DNA of 32,000 bases from Gemmata obscuriglobus (GTDB taxonomy: Bacteria > Planctomycetota > Planctomycetia > Gemmatales > Gemmataceae). The stretch is from NCBI RefSeq assembly GCF_008065095.1, contig NZ_CP042911.1:4410001-4442000 (forward strand). The letters run 5' to 3'. The translations under genes were made by a program, and so were the position numbers. Shown piece after piece: positions 24,442 through 31,490 of the stretch; position 1 is the stretch's first letter, and every line of letters begins with the position of its first letter. Under the pieces are notes generated by a model. It was not told where the DNA came from, searched no databases, and was given only the letters and a program-made list of their open reading frames with translations.

Positions 24442-26111
24442 GCGACCGCACCGACTGGGTCCCGCTGTCGAACGCCTCGGGCGGGCCGGTGCCGTCGTGC
24501 GCCCTCGCGCGGGTGACGGGCGTCGCGAACGGGCTGTTCACGGTCGACACGCCCGACGCCGACGGCGACCCGCACCTGGTGGCCGTCGGGTTCTCGCTCG
24601 TCCCCACGGGCGGCCGGGGCACGGGCACGTTCGACCCGCGCGCCGTCCTGGCGTACGAGGAGGCCGACGGCACGCCCCAACCGGGCGAGGAGTGGGGTGC
24701 GGGCGCCGGCACCTGGAAGCTGCGGAAGGGCAAGACGGGGTGGCGCATCCTGGGCGGGGCCGGGCGCGGGCTGGTGAACGCGGTGCGGGCGTGCTGCGGC
24801 ACGACCACGACCACAACGACCGCCGCGCCCACCACCACCGCCGGCCCGTGCGCCGGCGCGTGCCAGTGGACCTACTCCGCCTCATCGAAAGCCTGGACCC
24901 GCACCGCCTCCACCTGCGCCGCCGGCTGCGCCTGCCTCGCCCCGACGTGGTGCCCGGGCGCCGACGCCTGCGCCACCACCGCGTGCGGCCGCCTCGCCGC
25001 CGACGCCAAGGCGCCGAACTGCACCGGCGCGACCACGACGGGCGGCCCGTGCCCGGCCCCGGCGGACTGCGCCGAGGGGTGCGACTGGTTCTGCCACCCG
25101 GTCCGCGGGTGGGTGCAGACGCGCAACGGGTGCGCCGGCTACTGCGGCTGTCAGCCGCCGGCCGGGGCGTGCTCGTCCTGTGCGCCGGCACACACCCCGT
25201 GCGTGGTGCCGCCGTCGTTCTGCAACGGTGGGTGCCGCTGGGTGTGGGTGTCGGGGGTGGCGGGCGAGAGCGACCGCTGGGAGAAGATTGGCGACACCTG
25301 CGCCGGCTCGCGCGTGCCCAACTGCTCCTGCGACGCGCCGGCCGCCCCCGGGAACTCTTGTGGTCACGAGGCCGCCACCCGCTGCTACGTCCACGGCGCC
25401 GCCGACCCGTGCGCGGCGGTGACCACGTCATCGCCCGCCGGGTGCGGCGACTGCATCTGGGGCTCGGACAGCGGCACCGCTTGGGACAAGGTGGTGCGGC
25501 CGTGCGGGAACGCCGGCGGGTGCTCGTGCCAGGTGCCGCCCGGCGCCCCGTCCGGCACCTGCGCCCAGGCGGCCGGGGCGTGCGTGCCGCTGCCCGTCAC
25601 CACGACGGCCGCGCCGACCACCACCGCCGGGCCGCCCACCACGACAACGACCACCACCACCGCGCAGCCGTTCTCCTGCTGGCAGTGCCGGTACCAGGGT
25701 TTCGTCCGCTTCGTGTGCACGGGCGAACCGGGCCACCCGTGCGAGAATTACGAGACCCCGACCCTGCGGTCGCAGTTCCCGTCCGAGGTCGCGTGCACCA
25801 ACGGTTGCGGCCCCGGCGGCGGCACGACGGCGGCGCCGACCACGACCACCAGCACCACCACACCCGCGCCGACCACCACCACGGGCGGCCCGGCGGTGGA
25901 CTACTACTGCTGCCAGTGCCCCGGGGGCGTGGCGCGGTGCTCCTTCGATCCGATTAACCAGTGCGCGGGCTGTACGGTCACGGGGCCGATGTCCCTGGCG
26001 TCGTGCAACGGCACCTGCGCGGGCGCGGGAACGACCACCACACCGCCGCCGCCGCCGCCGCCGCCGCCACCGCCCGTAACCACCGGGCTCAGCACCAGCA
26101 GCCCGTTTTGA
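24438..26111 (+). CDS. Cysteine-rich (about 50 Cys) distal tail protein with poly-Thr/Pro mucin-like linkers. Candidate receptor-binding/fibre protein.
   Basis: ATGA coupling to the tail tip gene. There are four about 35-aa CxGxCxW...W...CxxxCxC modules (aa 138-385). Thr-rich linkers are TTTTTTTAAPTTTAGP, TTTAAPTTTAGPPTTTTTTTT and TTAAPTTTTSTTTPAPTTTT. The C-terminus is TTTT-P11. Confidence 0.7.
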   Translation: MSDRTDWVPLSNASGGPVPSCALARVTGVANGLFTVDTPDADGDPHLVAVGFSLVPTGGRGTGTFDPRAVLAYEEADGTPQPGEEWGAGAGTWKLRKGKTGWRILGGAGRGLVNAVRACCGTTTTTTTAAPTTTAGPCAGACQWTYSASSKAWTRTASTCAAGCACLAPTWCPGADACATTACGRLAADAKAPNCTGATTTGGPCPAPADCAEGCDWFCHPVRGWVQTRNGCAGYCGCQPPAGACSSCAPAHTPCVVPPSFCNGGCRWVWVSGVAGESDRWEKIGDTCAGSRVPNCSCDAPAAPGNSCGHEAATRCYVHGAADPCAAVTTSSPAGCGDCIWGSDSGTAWDKVVRPCGNAGGCSCQVPPGAPSGTCAQAAGACVPLPVTTTAAPTTTAGPPTTTTTTTTAQPFSCWQCRYQGFVRFVCTGEPGHPCENYETPTLRSQFPSEVACTNGCGPGGGTTAAPTTTTSTTTPAPTTTTGGPAVDYYCCQCPGGVARCSFDPINQCAGCTVTGPMSLASCNGTCAGAGTTTTPPPPPPPPPPPVTTGLSTSSPF

Positions 26112-26140
26112 CCGGACCCCAGCTTCACGAGACGAGCGAC

Positions 26141-28639
26141 ATGAGCAGCCCGCTGACGATCGGCATGGCGACCCGGGGCGAGCCGGACCACGTGTGGTTC
26201 GTGCTCTCGGCCCTGGCCGCGAACCACCCGCGGGTCGAGTACCTGGTGGTGGACAACACCCCGGAGCGGGACCCGCGGGTGGAGGCGATCACCCGGGCCG
26301 TCGGCGGCCGGTACCTGCACCGCCCGGACCTCACCGGTACGTCCAAGCCCCGGGACGCCGTGTTCCGGTTCGCCCGCACCCCGTGGGCCGTGTGCCTCGA
26401 CAGCCACGTGATTCTGGAAACGGGCGCGGTGCAGGCGGCCCTCGACTTCGCGGCCCGGAACCCGGACTCGCGGGACATCGTGTCCGGGCCGCTGGTGTAC
26501 GACGACGGCCGAGGGCTGAGCACACACTGGAAGACGAACCCGGGCGGCGGGTTGTGGGGCACGTGGGACACGGACCCGCGCGGCGCGGATCCGGCGGGCG
26601 AGCCGTTCGAGATCCCCATGATGGGCCTCGGGCTGTGGCTGATGCGGACCGCGGCGTGGCCCGGGTTCCACCCGCTGTTCAACGGGTTCGGGGGCGAGGA
26701 GGGGTACGTTCACGAGGTGGTGCGGCGCCGCGGGGGCCGGGCGCTGTGCGTGCCCGGGCTGCGGTGGCGGCACAAGTTCCGGGACGTGTCCGGCTGGCAC
26801 AACAACCCGCCGCCCCCGTACCCGCTCCGCACCGAGGACCACGTGTGGAACCTGCTGGTCGGTCACCGGGAACTCGGCATTGAGGCGGACCAGCAGATCC
26901 GCGAGCACTTCGGGAAGAACCTGGGGGCGGACACCTGGGACAGACTCGTCAAGACCGCGGCGCACGTTCAGCCCCTTGACGGCCCCCGTCCGGGTCCAAC
27001 GCGGCAGCGCATACTGGCCCTGTGGTACAGCGATAACAGCGCCCCGGACCCCCTCCTCATGCGCTCGCTTCAGTCCGTGATTGACGCCCGGGAGCAGACC
27101 ATCCGGCACGACGTGACCGTCAGCGCGTGCGCCTGGGAGATCGGCGGGAACCTGGGCATTCTCCCGAGCGTGAACACCCCCGGGATCATGCTCCGGAGCT
27201 TCATCGGGGCGCGGAAGCGGGGCTATAACACGATCCTGGCCCAGATCCGGCAGGCGGTGGCCCATGCCACCGCTTCGGGCGAGGAGTACGACGCGGTCGC
27301 GTTCTGCGAGCACGACGTGCTGTACCCCCCGGGGTACTTCGACCGGCTCGGGGACGCCCTCGCCGCGCACCCGTCGGCCCCGGTGGTGTCGCACCGCGAT
27401 TACATCGGCCTCAGCGGCACCGGCTGGCAGCGGGTGCGTGAGCGACACGAGCCCCTGCACCAGCTCTGCCTCCGCTGGGACACGATCCAGAGCAACCTCG
27501 CGCGAGCCGAACGTGAGGCGGCGAGCGGCGCGGCGGTGGTGCTTGAGCCGGACCATGAGGCCGATCGGTCCGCCTGGGCGCGGCTGGAGCCCGCCGACCC
27601 CGCGGGCATGAGTGGCACTCCGAGTGTTCACGTCAATCACAATGCCGGCCGGTTCACGGCGCACGGGGACGTGTGCTACGAGCCGCGCGGCGCGTCCCTG
27701 TGGCACCCGCACTGGGGTGAGGCGCGGCACTGGTGGCCCGGCCCGATGGTCACGGTGTCGAACGTGGACGTGACGCAGTTCAAACCCGAGAAGCCGGCCG
27801 GGTGCTCGGCGTGCGAGGCGAACGCGCACCCGACCCCGGAGGCGTGGGCGCGGGCCGCCGCGGCGAAGCCGTCCGACTTTCACGAGCACGTGGGCACTCT
27901 CCGGGAACTGGCGGCGAAGTGCTCGAGCGCTGCGGAGCTGTCGCTGTGGATGAAGCCGGCGGACGCGGCGATCGTCGCCGGCCTCCCGGCCGACGGCACG
28001 TTCGTGAGCGTGTGCCCACGCGCGAAGCCGCAGTGGGAGCGCATGAAGGGCTGGCTGGGGGCGCGGTTCGAGGGCCGCACGGCCGACCCGGCGACCGCGG
28101 ACCTGCCCCCGGTGGACCTGCTGTTCATCGACACCGAGCACACCGCCGACGCGCTCATGCCCCTGCTGGAGCGGCACCGCGAGCGGGTGGCGAAGTACAT
28201 CGCGGTCCACTGCACCGAGACGTTTGGGGAGAGCGGCGACCGGCCCGACGCCCCGGGCGTGCTGCACGCGCTGCGAACCTTCTGCCACCGCCACCCGGGC
28301 TGGGTGGTGAAGCGCCGCGACCGGAACAACCACGGGCTGATAGTTCTGTCGCGGTGCGCCGAGGACGTGAGGGCGAAGCCGGCGCTGTGGCGCCAGGCGA
28401 TGAACTACACGGCGGCGATGGCGCGGCACGTGGCGGACGGGCGCCGGACGGTGCCGCTGGACGTGCTGGAGGCGCGGCAGGCCGAGTGCGCCCTGTGCGA
28501 GGAGCGGGCGCTGGACGCGTGCGCCGCGTGCGGCTGCCCGCTGGAGGCGAAGCTGCCCCTCGCAACCGAATCGTGCGGGCTGGTGAAGAAGGGGCAGGCG
28601 CCGAAGTGGGGGGCGTGGCCCGCGGGCGCGGCCGCGTAA
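26141..28639 (+). CDS. Multi-domain glycosyltransferase (832 aa): N-terminal GT-A/GT2-like domain, a second GT-A-like region, a class-I-methyltransferase-like region and a C-terminal Cys cluster
   Basis: N-terminus: IGMATRGEP...YLVVDNTPERD...AVCLDSHVIL...IPMMGLGLWLMR...FGGEEGY (GT2 layout with a D-S-H metal motif at 26399-26407). Middle: ALWYSDNS...AFCEHDVLYPPGYF. Then VDLLFIDTEHTADALMPLLE...IAVHC, which is Methyltransf_24-like although the Gly-rich SAM loop is not obvious. The end is CALCEERALDACAACGCP. Confidence 0.8.
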   Translation: MSSPLTIGMATRGEPDHVWFVLSALAANHPRVEYLVVDNTPERDPRVEAITRAVGGRYLHRPDLTGTSKPRDAVFRFARTPWAVCLDSHVILETGAVQAALDFAARNPDSRDIVSGPLVYDDGRGLSTHWKTNPGGGLWGTWDTDPRGADPAGEPFEIPMMGLGLWLMRTAAWPGFHPLFNGFGGEEGYVHEVVRRRGGRALCVPGLRWRHKFRDVSGWHNNPPPPYPLRTEDHVWNLLVGHRELGIEADQQIREHFGKNLGADTWDRLVKTAAHVQPLDGPRPGPTRQRILALWYSDNSAPDPLLMRSLQSVIDAREQTIRHDVTVSACAWEIGGNLGILPSVNTPGIMLRSFIGARKRGYNTILAQIRQAVAHATASGEEYDAVAFCEHDVLYPPGYFDRLGDALAAHPSAPVVSHRDYIGLSGTGWQRVRERHEPLHQLCLRWDTIQSNLARAEREAASGAAVVLEPDHEADRSAWARLEPADPAGMSGTPSVHVNHNAGRFTAHGDVCYEPRGASLWHPHWGEARHWWPGPMVTVSNVDVTQFKPEKPAGCSACEANAHPTPEAWARAAAAKPSDFHEHVGTLRELAAKCSSAAELSLWMKPADAAIVAGLPADGTFVSVCPRAKPQWERMKGWLGARFEGRTADPATADLPPVDLLFIDTEHTADALMPLLERHRERVAKYIAVHCTETFGESGDRPDAPGVLHALRTFCHRHPGWVVKRRDRNNHGLIVLSRCAEDVRAKPALWRQAMNYTAAMARHVADGRRTVPLDVLEARQAECALCEERALDACAACGCPLEAKLPLATESCGLVKKGQAPKWGAWPAGAAA

Positions 28640-28648
28640 ACGCAAAAA

Positions 28649-28678
28649 GCCCCCGGCGGGATCTCTCCCGCCGGGGGC
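28649..28678. terminator. Bidirectional terminator hairpin between convergent genes
   Basis: Perfect 13-bp stem GCCCCCGGCGGGA / TCCCGCCGGGGGC with a TCTC loop. An A5 run precedes it (a T-run for the - strand) and a T-containing tail follows it. It starts 10 nt after the stop at 28639. Confidence 0.7.
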
Positions 28679-28691
28679 TCTCGTATGGAAT

Positions 28692-28711
28692 CGCCCCGGA
28701 CAACCGGGGCG
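28692..28711. terminator. Second GC hairpin (CGCCCCGG-ACAA-CCGGGGCG)
   Basis: Perfect 8-bp stem with a tetraloop, 19 nt beyond the stop of the leftward gene ending at 28730. It belongs to the CCCCGG/CCGGGG hairpin family seen after every leftward gene. Confidence 0.45.
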
Positions 28712-28729
28712 GTCAAGCGGAACGGTCAG

Positions 28730-28969
28730 TCACTTCTTCCGGTCGGGCCTGTTCGGACGCAGTCCCCGCGGGTCCGCGGGGTACTCGCCGCCGTCGGACA
28801 GATCCCGTACCCGCGCCAGACACGATTCCGGATCCAGGGCCGGCAGAACTTCCACCTCGCCCCACCCCCGGACGTGCCGGTCCAGCCAGTACCGGCCGCC
28901 GGCTTTGAGGCGCGCGAGCGCGGCCCTCATCGCCCGCTGCTCCCGCTGCCACTCGCGGTACGTGTCCAT
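28730..28969 (-). CDS. Small hypothetical protein (79 aa)
   Basis: ATG 28969 has GGGAGGGA 5 nt upstream and is preceded by leader type A. G/C-rich third codon positions. The longer track ORF (to 29053) merely translates the conserved leader. Confidence 0.6.
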   Translation of the reverse strand: MDTYREWQREQRAMRAALARLKAGGRYWLDRHVRGWGEVEVLPALDPESCLARVRDLSDGGEYPADPRGLRPNRPDRKK

Positions 28970-28976
28970 CCCGTCC

Positions 28977-29040
28977 CTCCCTTGACTCCCCGTTGCTGGA
29001 CTTGTCACCAGCGTTCCACCGCGGAACGGTCGGGTTAAGG
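28977..29040 (-). repeat. Leader type A, copy 1
   Basis: A 37-nt block is identical to 30763-30799 (CTCCCTTGACTCCCCGTTGCTGGACTTGTCACCAGCG). It is followed by a hairpin whose stem differs from copy 2 by two compensatory pairs, then GGTCGGGTTAAGG. Confidence 0.7.
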
Positions 29041-29062
29041 GCCGGGGCCACAAGGCCCCGGC
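29041..29062. terminator. GC hairpin GCCGGGGCC-ACAA-GGCCCCGGC
   Basis: Perfect 9-bp stem 4 nt downstream (in - sense) of the stop of 29067..29399. Confidence 0.5.
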
Positions 29063-29066
29063 GGTG

Positions 29067-29399
29067 TCACGGGCCGGCGAGCCGCCGCACCCGCGGCGCC
29101 GCGCCCCGCTCGCGCAGGGCGTGGGACGGGTGCGTGACCCGCGCCGGCCGGTCCTCCGGCGCGAGCCGCCGGTCCTCGCGGGCGGCCTCGAGCGCGGCCC
29201 TCCGGGGCACGTCGCCCAGGAGCCCGCGGTCGCCGGCCAGCGCCGCGCACAGCAGGCGCACCGCGCACGCCGCGTGGAGCCCCACGAACACCAGGTGCAC
29301 GCCCGCCGGCCCGGCCCGCCCGGTGAGCCCGGCGTGGGCCGAGCTGCACGTGCCGCCGGCGAACACCAACCCCAACAGCAGCTGAAGCGCCTTCCTCAC
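29067..29399 (-). CDS. Small membrane/secreted protein (110 aa)
   Basis: GTG 29399 with GGAGGG 6 nt upstream. N-terminal signal-like helix MRKALQLLLGLVFAGGTCSSAHA and a second hydrophobic helix. Very G/C-rich third codon positions. Confidence 0.6.
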   Translation of the reverse strand: MRKALQLLLGLVFAGGTCSSAHAGLTGRAGPAGVHLVFVGLHAACAVRLLCAALAGDRGLLGDVPRRAALEAAREDRRLAPEDRPARVTHPSHALRERGAAPRVRRLAGP

Positions 29400-29523
29400 G
29401 AACGGCCCTCCGTCGACAGGAACCCGGCTCTGCGTTGCACGGGCTGGCCACCGTTCCCCGGCCCGCGCCGGGGAGCCGCATTACGGCCCCGCGGCCCCGG
29501 GAAACCGGGGCCGCGGCGGGCGC
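29400..29523 (-). repeat. Intergenic module type B, copy 1
   Basis: Blocks: CTCTGCGTTG (29428-29437); CACGGGCTGG; perfect 8-bp palindrome 29455-29462/29467-29474; GCCGCATTA (29475-29483); 12-bp hairpin 29489-29500/29505-29516 with a GAAA loop. Confidence 0.65.
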
Positions 29524-30396
29524 TCAGTCGCGCCCGCAGTAGCCGTGGAGCTTGCACCCCGCGGCCCGCAAGATGGCGCTGGCCTCGAGGCGGGTCTTGG
29601 CCGTCCGGACCCGGGCCCACACCTTGGCCGCACGGCGGTACGCCTCGCTGCCGCTCTGCCGGCTCGGGGTGATCTCCATCCACTCGTTCACGTCGTCGAG
29701 ATCGCGGATCGTCACGCCCGTCTCGTCCGCGCCGGCGGACCACGCGCCGGGGACCCCCGCCGTCAGCGGCACCGCCGGGGCGTCGACGCCCCGGATCTGT
29801 TCGTCGCGGACCACGATCCCGTACACCCGCGCCGCCTCCGGGTCGCCCGCGGTGTACGCCGCGAGCCGGGCGAGCAGCTCGGCCCGGAGCGCGTCGAAGT
29901 CGGTGTGCAGGCTGATCCCGTCGAGCCAGTGGCAGACGCCCTGGCAGAACCCGCCGCACCGGTCCTCGGGCGTGCCCGGGCGCGCGGCCCCGGCGCCCCA
30001 GCCGTTGAACCGGAGCACGCGGCAGGTCTTGCCGCGCTTCCCGGCGTTGGCCATGTCCGTGACCGTCGCGGTCCCGCTGCCCGGCCACGTCCGCGTGTGG
30101 ACGCGGGGCGGGGTCACGTGCTGTCGCAGCAAGCTGGCGGCCCGTTCGCCGCACGTGTCCGGTTGCGGGTTGTCGTCCAGGTAGTCGGCGAGCACCTCCT
30201 CGCCCCGCTGCTCCGCAATCACCGCCCGCGCCAGCGCGACCGCCTCCGGGTCGTCGCTGACCCAGCTCGGGCCGCGGCCGCCCGCGAGCGGGTACACGCT
30301 CGCCGCGAGGCCGCCGTCCCGCCACGGGCCGACGCGGACGTGCACGCCGTTCACGTCCGCCGTCTGCTCCCGGGGCGTTGCTTCCGTTGTCACCAT
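29524..30396 (-). CDS. Hypothetical protein (290 aa), Cys-containing, unknown function
   Basis: ATG 30396 with GGAGG 8 nt upstream. G/C-rich third codon positions. Bracketed by type B modules. No family recognised. Confidence 0.65.
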   Translation of the reverse strand: MVTTEATPREQTADVNGVHVRVGPWRDGGLAASVYPLAGGRGPSWVSDDPEAVALARAVIAEQRGEEVLADYLDDNPQPDTCGERAASLLRQHVTPPRVHTRTWPGSGTATVTDMANAGKRGKTCRVLRFNGWGAGAARPGTPEDRCGGFCQGVCHWLDGISLHTDFDALRAELLARLAAYTAGDPEAARVYGIVVRDEQIRGVDAPAVPLTAGVPGAWSAGADETGVTIRDLDDVNEWMEITPSRQSGSEAYRRAAKVWARVRTAKTRLEASAILRAAGCKLHGYCGRD

Positions 30397-30518
30397 CTGA
30401 AAACCTCCGTTCGTTCACCCCCCTCTGCATTCGCTCCGGGCTTGGGACCGGCGCCGCGGCGCGTGCCGCGGCGGCTGCATTACGGCCCGCGGCCCCCGGG
30501 TTCGGGGGCCGCGTCGGG
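30397..30518 (-). repeat. Intergenic module type B, copy 2
   Basis: Blocks: CTCTGCATTC (30423-30432); CTCCGGGCTTGG; perfect 9-bp palindrome 30452-30460/30465-30473; GCTGCATTA (30474-30482); 10-bp hairpin 30489-30498/30503-30512. Confidence 0.65.
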
Positions 30519-30755
30519 CTAGTTGCGCGTCATGTCGAGCGTGGCCCGCCAGTCGTCCCACGGGTCGAGCGGGCGCGTCGCGTAGTCCCACCGCAGCGCG
30601 GTCCGCTGCAGCGCCTCCACGTCCGCCACCGTCTCGCACCCCCGGAGCCGTTCGGAGAGGGCCTCGTGGTCCTCGTCCTCGCACAGGATCCCGCGGTCCA
30701 GGTTCCCCTGGATCCGCCGCTTCATCTCGCAAAGCGCCTCGTCGTCGGCTTGCAT
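30519..30755 (-). CDS. Small acidic hypothetical protein (78 aa)
   Basis: ATG 30755 with GGGAGG upstream, preceded by leader type A copy 2. The longer track ORF (to 30794) translates the leader. Confidence 0.6.
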   Translation of the reverse strand: MQADDEALCEMKRRIQGNLDRGILCEDEDHEALSERLRGCETVADVEALQRTALRWDYATRPLDPWDDWRATLDMTRN

Positions 30756-30762
30756 GAGCAGC

Positions 30763-30828
30763 CTCCCTTGACTCCCCGTTGCTGGACTTGTCACCAGCGC
30801 CCCACCGTGGGGCGGTCGGGTTAAGGGC
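30763..30828 (-). repeat. Leader type A, copy 2
   Basis: See copy 1. The hairpin here is CGCCCC-ACCGT-GGGGCG (30798-30814), against CGTTCC-ACCGC-GGAACG (29012-29028) in copy 1. Confidence 0.7.
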
Positions 30829-30854
30829 CGCGGCCCCGGTTTCCCGGGGCCGCG
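30829..30854. terminator. GC hairpin CGCGGCCCCGG-TTTC-CCGGGGCCGCG
   Basis: Perfect 11-bp stem 4 nt downstream (in - sense) of the stop of 30859..31107. It has the same stem as the hairpin at 29489-29516, with the loop in the opposite orientation. Confidence 0.55.
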
Positions 30855-30858
30855 ATCG

Positions 30859-31107
30859 TCACGTCGTCCGGGCCGGCCCGTCGAGGAACCGGTCCCACAG
30901 CGGCTTCAGGGCCGCCGCCACCACCCCGACCAGGCACCGCCCGTAAGCGAACCCGAGCACCAGGTGGAGCAGCAGGTGCCCGACCCGCGCGCCGACCGGG
31001 GCCGCCTCGACCGCGGCCGCCGGCGCCACCGCCTTGAGCGAGGTGATCAGGAACCACACCAGGGCCGCCCCCAGCGCCCACCCCGCCACGTTCTTCACCG
31101 CTTGCAT
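30859..31107 (-). CDS. Small membrane protein (82 aa, 2-3 hydrophobic helices). A holin-like or other membrane function is possible.
   Basis: ATG 31107 with GGGAGGGG upstream. Hydrophobic helices: VAGWALGAALVWFLITSL and HLLLHLVLGFAYGRCLVGVVAAAL. G/C-rich third codon positions. Confidence 0.6.
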   Translation of the reverse strand: MQAVKNVAGWALGAALVWFLITSLKAVAPAAAVEAAPVGARVGHLLLHLVLGFAYGRCLVGVVAAALKPLWDRFLDGPARTT

Positions 31108-31213
31108 TCCGAACCCCTCCCGCGCTCTGCATTCACCCGGGCTTGCGACCGGCCGCGGTTCTAGCCGCGGGCTGCATTAAGAGGGCGGGGGCCTCGGAGG
31201 CCCCCGCCGCGGG
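31108..31213 (-). repeat. Intergenic module type B, copy 3
   Basis: Blocks: CTCTGCATTC (31125-31134); ACCCGGGCTTGCG; CCGCGG-TTCTAG-CCGCGG (31153-31170); GCTGCATTAA (31171-31180); 9-bp hairpin 31185-31193/31199-31207. Confidence 0.65.
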
Positions 31214-31420
31214 TCACCAGTTCCGGCCCTTGTTGCCCCAGGCCCGGTAGCCCTCGGCCAGGAGCAGGCAGATGAGCTTGCGCTCGTTCTCCGTCTCCCC
31301 CCGGAGCGTCGGCACGTAGCCGCCGTCCAGCGCCGCCTTCAGCTCGTCCCAGGTGTCGAACGCGGTCACCGCGTTCACCAGCCGGTCCTTGATCTCGCCC
31401 GGCAGTTCGGCCTTGCACAT
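31214..31420 (-). CDS. Small hypothetical protein (68 aa); first gene of the leftward operon
   Basis: ATG 31420 with GGGGAGGG 7 nt upstream. It lies downstream of the AT-richer divergent control region. No family recognised. Confidence 0.6.
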   Translation of the reverse strand: MCKAELPGEIKDRLVNAVTAFDTWDELKAALDGGYVPTLRGETENERKLICLLLAEGYRAWGNKGRNW

Positions 31421-31490
31421 CGCCAGACCCTCCCCGGGAACGCACGCGGGCGGCCCGAGTGGCCGCCCGTCGCACGCCCCAACGGGACGA

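Noticed and set aside
24792-25900. Poly-Thr-encoding ACC/ACG tracts and the repeated GCGCCGACCACCACCGCCGG segments as a non-coding tandem repeat or VNTR
   Set aside because: They are in frame within a translationally coupled ORF and encode the repeated AAPTTTAGP/T-rich linkers. I treat them as coding low-complexity sequence.
28640-31215. Repeated GC hairpins and leaders as a possible CRISPR array
   Set aside because: The repeat units are 65-125 nt, of two different families. They are separated by 240-870-nt protein-coding genes with RBS and start codons. There are no short uniform spacers and no cas genes.
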